Assembly: GCA_963752265.1 (NCBI GenBank)
Contig: CAVVZW010000002.1
Span: 5,262 to 69,261, forward strand
DNA: 64,000 bases
Direction: 5' to 3'
DNA from: an uncultured Alphaproteobacteria bacterium
GTDB taxonomy: Bacteria > Pseudomonadota > Alphaproteobacteria > Rhizobiales > Xanthobacteraceae
Shown here: positions 9,903 to 18,192 of the stretch, piece by piece
Position numbering within the stretch: the first letter of the stretch is position 1
Layout: each line of letters starts with the position of its first letter
Position numbers and translations under genes: made by a program
Notes under the pieces: generated by a model
Databases searched by the model: none
What the model saw: the letters and a program-made list of their open reading frames with translations, nothing else
What the model was told of the DNA's origin: nothing

Positions 9903-10735
9903 AAGCCGCACCCTTCGCCTATGAGCGGCCGTCAAACCTGGACGCGGCCATCGCCTTGATGGCTGAAGCCAAAGGCGCCGCCAAGATCATGGCCGGCGGA
10001 CAATCGCTCGGTCCGATGCTCAATCTTCGGCTGGTCCAGCCGGATTTGATTATCGATATTACTGGGCTGGACGAACTCAAAACCGCCGAGCAGAGCGGCG
10101 ATGAGCTCGTGATCGGCGCGTGCGTCACGCATGGCGATATTGAGGACGGACGGATTCCCGACGTCACGCACCAAGCGATGCAGCGAGTCGCAGGCGGCAT
10201 CGCCTACCGCGCCGTTCGCAACCGCGGCACGATCGGCGGCTCGCTATCACACGCCGATCCCGCGGCGGATTGGGTTTCGGCCTTGCCGGCGCTCGGCGCC
10301 AAAGTTCGGCTGCGAAGTTCTGCCGGGCATCGAGACCTTGCGATCGAGGATTTCACGACGGGCGCGCTGGAATCCGCCCTTCAAGAAAGCGAACTGGTCG
10401 AGGCCGTGCGTGTTCCCGTCATGCGAGCCTCCGCGCGCTGGGGTTATGTGAAAGCCTGCCGCAAACCCGGCGAGTTCGCCCACGCCATCGCCGCCGTGCT
10501 GATCGATCCGGAAGCCGGAACAGGACGCGTGGTGATCGGCGCGATTGAAGCGCCGCCGATCGTCCTGACCGACGCCTCACCGCTATTCGGTGGCAAGATC
10601 ACCGGCAACTTCAAGCGGGAGTTCATCACAAGCGCGGCTGACGCCCTCTTGATCAAAGCCGGCATCGCCGATGCCGCCGACCGGCATATCCACGTCACGA
10701 TATTGCGCCGGGCGATCGAGGAGGCCGCGGCGTGA
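9899..10735 (+). CDS. Molybdenum hydroxylase FAD-binding (CoxM-like) subunit
   Basis: Internal MKAAPFAYERP; AGGQSLGPMLNLR, RNRGTIGGSLSHADPAAD. Confidence 0.88.
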   Translation: MKAAPFAYERPSNLDAAIALMAEAKGAAKIMAGGQSLGPMLNLRLVQPDLIIDITGLDELKTAEQSGDELVIGACVTHGDIEDGRIPDVTHQAMQRVAGGIAYRAVRNRGTIGGSLSHADPAADWVSALPALGAKVRLRSSAGHRDLAIEDFTTGALESALQESELVEAVRVPVMRASARWGYVKACRKPGEFAHAIAAVLIDPEAGTGRVVIGAIEAPPIVLTDASPLFGGKITGNFKREFITSAADALLIKAGIADAADRHIHVTILRRAIEEAAA

Positions 10736-11916
10736 CGACGATTGGCCTCACCGTCAACGGGCGCGCGGTCAACAAGCCGGTCGATCCGCGCACACATCTG
10801 GCGGATTTCCTGCGCGACCAGCTCGACCTGACCGGGACCCATCTCGGTTGCGAACACGGCGTGTGCGGCGCCTGCACGCTGTTGCTCGACGATATGCCGG
10901 CGCGCTCGTGCATCACTTTTGCGGCGGCCTGCGACGGCGCGCACGTCACCACGATCGAAGGTCTGGATAACGACGAGATCGCAACCGAATTGCGCGCTGC
11001 GTTCAGCCGCGAACATGCTTTGCAATGCGGCTATTGCACGCCGGGCATGCTGATATCGGCGCGCGATCTCGTTTTGCGTCTCGAGATCTCGGATGAGCGC
11101 GCAATTCGCGTCGGCATGAGCGGAAATTTGTGCCGGTGCACCGGCTATGTCGGAATTGTGCGCGCGATACGCTCGGTGATCGATGCGCGACGAGGCCGCG
11201 GGATCGCGCCAATTCATGGCGCCGGGCGCCAGCAGCTCGGACCGGTCGGATCCGGCAATGGCATACTCACGAAATCAGCCGGCGTTGCCCGACCGGTGAC
11301 TTCGGAGATTCAGGAGCCACAGGCAAGCGGCACCTCGTTGCATGTTCCGGATTTCGCACCTGACAACAACTTCAACGAGCATTTCACCGTCGCCTTTCCA
11401 CCCGACGAGGTCTACGAGATGTTCGCAGACGTGAAGCGGGTCGCGGCCTGCCTGCCCGGCGCTGCACTGACGGCCATCCCGGCCCCGGACCGCGCCGAGG
11501 GACAAATCAGCGTCAAGCTCGGCCCGATCTCGGCGAACTTTCGTGGCGCGGTAAGAATCGAGCGCGATCCCACAACGCTCTCGGGCCGGATCATCGGGGT
11601 CGGAAACGATCGGCGCAGCCGCTCGTCCACGCAAGGCGACGTCCGCTATCGTTTGTTGCCGACCGAAGGCGGGACATCGACACGCGTCGAGCTTTCGATC
11701 GGCTACAGCCTGCGCGGCTTTCTGGCCCAGATCGCGCGCGAAGGCCTGGTGCGCGACCTTGCCAAACGGCTGACGGCGGAGTTCGCCCGCAACCTCAGCT
11801 CAACCCTGTCAGGCACCGCGCCGGAACAGGCGAAATCGCTCAACGGCCTTGTGCTCGCATTCGATCTTTTGAAGAAAACGCTATCGCAAATCCTTGGAAA
11901 AGATCGGAGCTCCTAG
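10732..11916 (+). CDS. 2Fe-2S subunit (CoxS-like) fused to a CoxG/SRPBCC domain
   Basis: GCEHGVCGAC, QCGYCTPG, NLCRCTGY; C-terminal VAACLPGA...VKLGPI. Confidence 0.9.
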   Translation: MTTIGLTVNGRAVNKPVDPRTHLADFLRDQLDLTGTHLGCEHGVCGACTLLLDDMPARSCITFAAACDGAHVTTIEGLDNDEIATELRAAFSREHALQCGYCTPGMLISARDLVLRLEISDERAIRVGMSGNLCRCTGYVGIVRAIRSVIDARRGRGIAPIHGAGRQQLGPVGSGNGILTKSAGVARPVTSEIQEPQASGTSLHVPDFAPDNNFNEHFTVAFPPDEVYEMFADVKRVAACLPGAALTAIPAPDRAEGQISVKLGPISANFRGAVRIERDPTTLSGRIIGVGNDRRSRSSTQGDVRYRLLPTEGGTSTRVELSIGYSLRGFLAQIAREGLVRDLAKRLTAEFARNLSSTLSGTAPEQAKSLNGLVLAFDLLKKTLSQILGKDRSS

Positions 11917-12018
11917 CGCTCGCTAGCCTCTGCATCGGCATGTCCCGTTGAAATCGACGTTACTCTGGGTTAGAGGCGGTGCTGCGGCCACCGAGAAAAA
12001 AGACCGGGAGAAACGGCG

Positions 12019-12900
12019 ATGATGGAAGGTTTCAAAAAGGAAACGCTGCATGTGAACGGCGTGGACATCGTGCTGCGCCATGGCGGAAAGGGACCGCCGC
12101 TGCTCCTGATGCATGGCAATCCGTTCACGCATTTGTCCTGGAATCGCGTCGCGCCCGACCTCGCCCAACGCTTCACGGTGGTGACGCCGGATCTACGTGG
12201 TTACGGCGACAGCTCCAAGCCCGACGGCGGCGACGGCCACTATGCCTACTCGTTCCGCGAGATGGGCAAGGATATGATTGAGGTGATGAAGACACTGGGA
12301 TTTAGCAGTTTCTCGGCGGCTGGCCATGATCGCGGCGCACGGGTGCTGCACCGGATGTGCCTCGATCATCCGCAAACGGTCAGCAAGGCCTGTTTTGTCG
12401 ACATGCTGCCCCAGCATCACCTCCTCAATAATGTGACATTCAATTGGGGCAAATTCTCCTGGCACTGGTTCTTCATGATTCAGCCAACACCCTATCCAGA
12501 GACGATGATCAACAACGATCCGGAATTCTTTCTTCGCAAGAAATTGTCAAAGACCGGTCAAGGCACGAGCTTCTTCGTTCCGGAAGCACTCGATGAATAT
12601 ATTCGCTGCATCAAGAATCCGCGAACGGTCTACGCCATGTGCGAAGACTATCGCGCAACCGTGTCTTGCGATCTCGAAATGGACACGGCCGATTTCGACG
12701 CCGGAAAACGGGTGATCTGCCCCACCTTCCTGCTATGGGGCGCCACCGGCGGCGTCGGCCGCAACCACAATGCGAAAGAGATCTGGTCGAAATACGCGAC
12801 CAATATTGCCGGCACGCTGGCCGCACCTGCCGGACATTATGTGCAGGAAGAAGCCCCGAAAGAGACGCTCCAGGCCATGTTGGGCTTCTTTGCAGATTGA
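12019..12900 (+). CDS. Fluoroacetate dehalogenase-family alpha/beta hydrolase
   Basis: HGNP, GHDRGAR, WHWFF, CEDYRA, GHY. Confidence 0.82.
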   Translation: MMEGFKKETLHVNGVDIVLRHGGKGPPLLLMHGNPFTHLSWNRVAPDLAQRFTVVTPDLRGYGDSSKPDGGDGHYAYSFREMGKDMIEVMKTLGFSSFSAAGHDRGARVLHRMCLDHPQTVSKACFVDMLPQHHLLNNVTFNWGKFSWHWFFMIQPTPYPETMINNDPEFFLRKKLSKTGQGTSFFVPEALDEYIRCIKNPRTVYAMCEDYRATVSCDLEMDTADFDAGKRVICPTFLLWGATGGVGRNHNAKEIWSKYATNIAGTLAAPAGHYVQEEAPKETLQAMLGFFAD

Positions 12901-12950
12901 AATGGGCAAGGACCGTCGTATAAAGACACGAACAACCGAGGAGATTCCCG

Positions 12951-13160
12951 ATGGCCATGACCCGTTCCCTTCCTGTGGCCGTTCCGCCCGCGATCCCGGT
13001 TCGCGAGATTTTGCCCTGGGCGATCTTCTCCGGCTTGCTGCTGGTCCTTGGCATCTATTTTGTCGGCGTCGAGGAAGGCGCTCTCTCCATCTTCAACGGC
13101 ATGTATGTGCACGAATTCGTGCATGACGGCCGCCATTTACTCGGCTTCCCCTGCCACTGA
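12951..13160 (+). CDS. cbtB: Cobalt transporter subunit CbtB
   Basis: One TM helix plus HEFVHDGRHLLGFPCH. Confidence 0.92.
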   Translation: MAMTRSLPVAVPPAIPVREILPWAIFSGLLLVLGIYFVGVEEGALSIFNGMYVHEFVHDGRHLLGFPCH

Positions 13161-13180
13161 CAGCGTTGCAGCACGCTCCG

Positions 13181-13948
13181 ATGACCCGGAAACTGCTGGT
13201 GCGCGGCATGCTGCTCGGTCTGATCGCCGGGCTTCTTTCCTTTGGCTTCCTCAAATTGGCTGGCGAGCCTTCGGTTGACCGCGCCATCGCTTTCGAAAGT
13301 GCGATGGAACAGACCAAGGCGGACGAAGCCAAAGCCAAGGGCCTGCCTGCGCCGGCCGAATATCCCGAACTCGTCAGCCGCTCCGTTCAATCGGGCGTTG
13401 GATTGCTGACCGCGGTAATCGTCTATAGCACCGCGTTTGGCGGCATTTTTGCGCTGGTCTTCGCCGTCGCTTTTCGCCGCATGGGCGACTTTAGCCCGCG
13501 CACTACCTCGGCCTTGCTGGCGACGGCCGGTTTCGTCAGCGTATACCTCGTGCCGATGCTGAAATATCCGGCCAATCCACCGTCGGTCGGTCTGGCCGAG
13601 ACGATCGACATGCGGACCAATCTTTATTTCGCGATGATCCTGATTTCGCTTGCCGCCGTGACTGCCGCTGGAATGCTGCGGCTTCGGCTCAATCCGCGCT
13701 TCGGCAGTTGGAACGCGGGGCTAATATCGGGTGGCGTCTACGTCCTGATCGTCAGCGGCGTCGCGTTCATGCTGCCCGACGTCAATGAAGTGCCGGAAGG
13801 CTTTCCGGCGACGGTGTTGTGGCAGTTCCGGATCGCTTCACTGGGTGGACAGGCCGTCATGTGGGGTGCGCTTGGCCTGCTATTTGGCATCGCCGCCGAG
13901 CGGGTCGTCGCGGTGCGCCAACCGGCGCTGCGACGTGCGGCGGTCTGA
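13181..13948 (+). CDS. cbtA: Cobalt transporter subunit CbtA
   Basis: EPSVDRAIAFE, KYPANPPSVG, FPATVLWQFRIAS. Confidence 0.92.
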   Translation: MTRKLLVRGMLLGLIAGLLSFGFLKLAGEPSVDRAIAFESAMEQTKADEAKAKGLPAPAEYPELVSRSVQSGVGLLTAVIVYSTAFGGIFALVFAVAFRRMGDFSPRTTSALLATAGFVSVYLVPMLKYPANPPSVGLAETIDMRTNLYFAMILISLAAVTAAGMLRLRLNPRFGSWNAGLISGGVYVLIVSGVAFMLPDVNEVPEGFPATVLWQFRIASLGGQAVMWGALGLLFGIAAERVVAVRQPALRRAAV

Positions 13949-13973
13949 GTCTCTCCGGAGCGGCAGGTGAAGC

Positions 13974-14549
13974 ATGACGATGCGTCTTCATTTGCTTTGC
14001 TCGGCTTCGACCGCCTCGACGAGCGCGGTCGCTTTCGCGGCTGACGAGCCGCTCGATCCTAAGGGACGTGAAAGCCTTTCCAACCTCGCAGGCCGCTTTC
14101 CCTCCTGCGATATCATCCTGCGCAGTCCGGCGCTTTGCGCTCGCCAGACCGCGGATGGCCTTGCGCTCACGTCATCCGTGGAGCCATTGCTGCGCGATTG
14201 CGATTTCGGCCGCTGGGCCGGACGTTCGCTTGAAAACGTGGAAGCCGCCGAGCCGGCAGCGGTTGCGGAGTGGCTGCGAAATCCGCGCGCGGCGCCGCAT
14301 GGCGGCGAGTCCTTTGTTGACGTGACGAGGCGCGTCAACGGATGGATGGACCAGATGCTCACCCAAACGGGCTCTGTTCTTGCCGTTACGCACGGCATGG
14401 TGATCCGTGCCGCCATCGCTCACGTGCTTGGCGCAGGCCCGGAGGCTTTCCGGCATATCGACGTCGCGCCGCTCACGCGAGCCAAACTGTCGGGCGGAGG
14501 CGGACGCTGGACGCTCGCCTCGCTGATCTCGCCGAGAGACCTGCGATGA
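13974..14549 (+). CDS. Histidine phosphatase-family protein with degenerate RHG motif
   Basis: SPALCARQTA, LRDCDFGRWAG, PHGGES, VTHG; N-terminus reads LLCSAS. Confidence 0.8.
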   Translation: MTMRLHLLCSASTASTSAVAFAADEPLDPKGRESLSNLAGRFPSCDIILRSPALCARQTADGLALTSSVEPLLRDCDFGRWAGRSLENVEAAEPAAVAEWLRNPRAAPHGGESFVDVTRRVNGWMDQMLTQTGSVLAVTHGMVIRAAIAHVLGAGPEAFRHIDVAPLTRAKLSGGGGRWTLASLISPRDLR

Positions 14550-15199
14550 CGGGCCGCGTCAACAGCAGGAAGGGACGCCGATCGATATCCCTGCTGATTG
14601 CTGTCGTGTCGATGCTCGCGGTCACCCCGGCTCGCGCCCATCATCAGGGATCCAGTGACGGACCGATACGGGGCGTCGCTATTCTGGCGATTTCCCACGG
14701 CGAGATGCCGATCGTCGCCAGATATCGCAGCCAGGTGCTTGACCTCGCGGCCCGCCAACCCGTGACGGACCCGACCTTGCGCCGGCTCACTGGCTTCGTG
14801 AGCCTGCAAACCTTTGCCTGCTTTTGGGGGCTCGTTCCCGGCAGCCTCGCCGACGAACAAAGCCCGTTCAATGAATGCTCCCACGCCTATCTGGCGGGGG
14901 TGCGAGAGCTGCTGGTGCACATGACGGCCATGCCCGGCGACCAGTCCGCGGCAAAGGCGCTTGAAGCGCGCATGGATGCGGAACTCGCAGCCAACCCCGA
15001 CCGCAACGCCGTGTGTTCGCACAGCGGCCAAATTTTCGACAGCGCCGATGTAATCGGGCCGGACTGGCAGCTCGCGCCACTGCATCTGCCGACCGTCCTG
15101 ACGTTTTCAGCGTTTGTGGCGCTGCTCGTCGCAGGATTTGCCGTCGCCGGCCGCCGGCGGCTTTTTCGCAAAACCGAAATCTCTAGCGCCGCGTCGTAA
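14546..15199 (+). CDS. Exported, C-terminally anchored Cys/His-containing hypothetical protein
   Basis: ATGA overlap with the upstream gene; signal peptide ending ARA-HH; C-terminal TM followed by RRR. Confidence 0.7.
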   Translation: MTGRVNSRKGRRSISLLIAVVSMLAVTPARAHHQGSSDGPIRGVAILAISHGEMPIVARYRSQVLDLAARQPVTDPTLRRLTGFVSLQTFACFWGLVPGSLADEQSPFNECSHAYLAGVRELLVHMTAMPGDQSAAKALEARMDAELAANPDRNAVCSHSGQIFDSADVIGPDWQLAPLHLPTVLTFSAFVALLVAGFAVAGRRRLFRKTEISSAAS

Positions 15200-15815
15200 A
15201 CTGGTCCGCCGCGCGACGGCATTCCCACTTCGCGCGCTCGAGATCAGGCCGGTCGTCCTCAACTTCCGGATAACCGAGGCAGAGATAGCCGATGAACTTC
15301 CACGACGCGGGTACGTCGAGGATTTCGTTGACGCGCGCTGGATTCAGGATCGAAACCCAGCCCAGACCTATTCCTTCCGCACGCGCCGCGAGCCACATCG
15401 AGCAGATAGCAGCGACGACGGAATATTCGATCATCTCCGGCATCGTCATTCGCCCGAGGCCGTGGCCTGTCTGGCTCTGCTTGTCCGCGAAGACGGCGAG
15501 ATGACCGGGCGCTTCCTCGAGCCCCGCGAGCTTGAGCGTCGCGTATTGCGACGCCCGGTCGCCGGAGTAAGAACGCAGCGCCTCCGCGTTGCAGACTTTG
15601 AAATCTTCGATGACCGCGCGGCGGCGTGAGGGGTCCTCAACGATGACGAGCCGCCAGGGCTGGCTCAGGCCCACGGAAGGCGACAGGCAGACGGTCTCGA
15701 TGAGGCGTTCGATCGCGCCTTGCGGCAGCGGGTCGCGGCGGAAACGCCGCACGTCGCGGCGCCACACGAACAATTCATGCAGTTGGCGGCGAAATGCTTC
15801 GTCGAATGCGACCAT
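15183..15815 (-). CDS. bluB: 5,6-dimethylbenzimidazole synthase
   Basis: WRRDVRRF, SPSVGLSQPW, LKLAGL, GLGWVSI. Confidence 0.93.
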   Translation of the reverse strand: MVAFDEAFRRQLHELFVWRRDVRRFRRDPLPQGAIERLIETVCLSPSVGLSQPWRLVIVEDPSRRRAVIEDFKVCNAEALRSYSGDRASQYATLKLAGLEEAPGHLAVFADKQSQTGHGLGRMTMPEMIEYSVVAAICSMWLAARAEGIGLGWVSILNPARVNEILDVPASWKFIGYLCLGYPEVEDDRPDLERAKWECRRAADQFTTRR

Positions 15816-15824
15816 CAGAATTCC

Positions 15825-16595
15825 CTAGATCAAGGCTGCCGCCATCAGCAAAACCACGATCTCGCCAGCCTGCTCCACCGCGCCCAGGATGTCACCCGTC
15901 TGTCCGCCGATTTGTCGCGTCGCGATGAAGCCCCATATCGACGCGACGATCGATAGCAAGATGAGCGCCATGACCGCCTTGCCCGGTCCAAAGCCGATCA
16001 CGAGACAAAGAATCCCGAGGCTGGCTGCAATGATCGCGCTTTGCGCGGGCGGTTGTCCGGCTCCCGCCGAGAGCCCCTCCGATCGCGCCGGCGGGACCAG
16101 CGACATAAACGCCGGCAACGCTGCCCGGGTAGCCGCGTGCGCGACCAGCAACGCCGCGGTAATTGCCATCGGCTCGGCGATGGCCGCCAACGCGCTCCAT
16201 CGCAATGTGATGGATAGGATGAGAGCACAGGCACCATAGGTGCCGATCCGGCTGTCGCGCATGATCTCGAGCTTTTGCTCGCGGCTCTTTCCGCCGCCGA
16301 GACCATCGAGCGTATCGGCAAGGCCATCCTCATGCAGGGCGCCGGTGACAAGAATCGTCGTCGCCAGCGCCAGCGTGGCCGCGGCACCGGCGGGCAGGCC
16401 AACACGATGCGCGATCGCGTAGGCGACCGCCCCGGCAAGGCCCACCACCAGCCCTGCAACCGGCAAGGCCCAACTCGCGCGCGCGACCTCGCCGCCATCG
16501 AACGAATTGGCCGGACCAACGGGCAGAATCGTCAAGAGCGACATCGCAATTCTGATGTCAGTCACGATGCCCGTAAGAAGCTTCAAATAGCGCAT
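15825..16595 (-). CDS. cobS: Adenosylcobinamide-GDP ribazoletransferase (CobS/CobV)
   Basis: TGALHEDGLADTLDG, IMRDSRIGTYG, GGQTGDILGA. Confidence 0.93.
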   Translation of the reverse strand: MRYLKLLTGIVTDIRIAMSLLTILPVGPANSFDGGEVARASWALPVAGLVVGLAGAVAYAIAHRVGLPAGAAATLALATTILVTGALHEDGLADTLDGLGGGKSREQKLEIMRDSRIGTYGACALILSITLRWSALAAIAEPMAITAALLVAHAATRAALPAFMSLVPPARSEGLSAGAGQPPAQSAIIAASLGILCLVIGFGPGKAVMALILLSIVASIWGFIATRQIGGQTGDILGAVEQAGEIVVLLMAAALI

Positions 16596-16606
16596 CCGCC
16601 TCAGCC

Positions 16607-17110
16607 TTATTTCAGCTTCATCGGCAAACCGGCGACGACAAACTCGACCTCATCGGCGACGCCTGCGATCGTCTGGTTCATGATACCCGCCGCATCGCGA
16701 TAGACACGTGCGAGCGCATTGTCGGGAACGATGCCAAGCCCGACTTCGTTGGTCACCATGACGACCGGACTAATCTGACGGCTCATGGCGTCTGCGAGTT
16801 CGGTGACGGCCTGCGACCAGTCGCGCTTCGAATGAAGCAGGTTCGACAACCAGAGCGTCAGGCAATCGACGAGCCTGGCCCCGCCGCCATCGGTCGCGAT
16901 CAGCATCGGCACCAGATCAAGCGGCACTTCGCGTTCGACCCATTCGCTGCCGCGCCGTGCGCGGTGTTGGGCGATACGCTGGGCCATCTCTTCATCGAGC
17001 GCCTCGGCGGTCGCAATATAAACCGGCCGCCCCGGAAAGGCGCGCACGCGCGCCTCGGCGTGCCGGCTTTTTCCCGACCGAGCCCCGCCCGTGATCAAGA
17101 TGATCGGCAT
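16607..17110 (-). CDS. cobU: Adenosylcobinamide kinase / guanylyltransferase (CobU/CobP)
   Basis: TGGARSGKS, VDCLTLWLSN, VTNEVGLGIVP. Confidence 0.94.
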   Translation of the reverse strand: MPIILITGGARSGKSRHAEARVRAFPGRPVYIATAEALDEEMAQRIAQHRARRGSEWVEREVPLDLVPMLIATDGGGARLVDCLTLWLSNLLHSKRDWSQAVTELADAMSRQISPVVMVTNEVGLGIVPDNALARVYRDAAGIMNQTIAGVADEVEFVVAGLPMKLK

Positions 17111-17238
17111 GCGACCTCCGTTTCGATTGAGGCAGTAATCATCATTTGCCTGCAAAGACAAAGCGAAATCCGTCCCGATTGGGCTTGCACGCCGGCGACA
17201 TCTTGCGCATCAGAGGACGGTCGAAGGAGGGCGTTAGC

Positions 17239-18180
17239 TTGGGATTTGCGGGAGCGATGGCGATGGCGTTGGCGATCGACGCCGTGCTGGGTTGGCCGGA
17301 ACAGCTGTTCCGCCTCATCGGCCACCCCGTCACCTGGCTCGGCCGGTTGATCAACGGAGTGGACGAGGTCTGCAATCATGGTTCTCACCCGCCTGCATTC
17401 CGTCGCGCCGTCGGCGTCGTGGCGACGTTACTGGTGATCGCGCTTCCGACTGCTCTCGCATGGATCGTCCAGGTGCAACTGACGACCGGATGGAGCCGCA
17501 TCCTCATCGCGGGAATCCTGGCATGGCCGTTTGTGGCGCTGCGCTCGCTCGGCGATCACGTGGCCGCGGTCGCACAACCGTTGCAGTCGGGCAATATCGA
17601 AGCGGCGCGTTTGGCGGTGGCGCGCATTGTCGGCCGCGATCCCGCCAGTCTCGATGAAGCAGGTATCGCGCGGGCGTCGATCGAAAGCCTCGCGGAAAAC
17701 ACCTCTGACGGCGTGATCGCCCCGATGTTCTGGGGAGCGATCTTCGGCCTGCCCGGCCTTGTCGGCTACAAGATAATCAATACGCTGGACTCCATGATCG
17801 GCCATCGCACGCCACGTCACGAAGCCTTCGGTTGGGCGGCGGCGCGTATCGACGACCTCGCCAATTTCATTCCGGCCCGTCTGACCGGCTTGCTGTTTGC
17901 GATCGTCTCCGCGCGGCCTTCGGGTACGCTATCGTGCATGATGAAAGATGCAGGCCATCACCGCTCGATCAATGCCGGCTGGCCAGAAGCGGCCATGGCC
18001 GGCGCGCTTCGTGTGCGGTTGAGCGGCCCGCGCGTCTACCACGGCACGCCAGCCGACGAGCCCTGGCTGAATGGAGGCGCGCGCGACCCGCTCGCTGCGG
18101 ATATCGCGCAAGCCCTCAAGCTTTACCATCGTGCCATGTGGCTCGCGGCAGCCATACTTATCTTTTTGGCGCTCGCGTGA
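17239..18180 (+). CDS. cbiB: Adenosylcobinamide-phosphate synthase CbiB (CobD)
   Basis: HPVTWLG, IVGRD, ESLAENTSDG, NTLDSMIG, NAGWPEAAMA; TTG start after AAGGAGG. Confidence 0.93.
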   Translation: MGFAGAMAMALAIDAVLGWPEQLFRLIGHPVTWLGRLINGVDEVCNHGSHPPAFRRAVGVVATLLVIALPTALAWIVQVQLTTGWSRILIAGILAWPFVALRSLGDHVAAVAQPLQSGNIEAARLAVARIVGRDPASLDEAGIARASIESLAENTSDGVIAPMFWGAIFGLPGLVGYKIINTLDSMIGHRTPRHEAFGWAAARIDDLANFIPARLTGLLFAIVSARPSGTLSCMMKDAGHHRSINAGWPEAAMAGALRVRLSGPRVYHGTPADEPWLNGGARDPLAADIAQALKLYHRAMWLAAAILIFLALA

Positions 18181-18192
18181 GGAGGTCACACA

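Noticed and set aside
7508-11916. Aerobic CO dehydrogenase coxLMS
   Set aside because: The active-site loop is PYRGVAR, and no coxDEF accessory genes are present.
11988-12011. CACCGAGAAAAAAGACCGGGAG resembles the 3' end of a guanidine-I (ykkC) riboswitch
   Set aside because: The P3 stem cannot pair (CGAG/ACCG) and the 5' TAGGGTTCCG element is absent; most likely just an RBS region.
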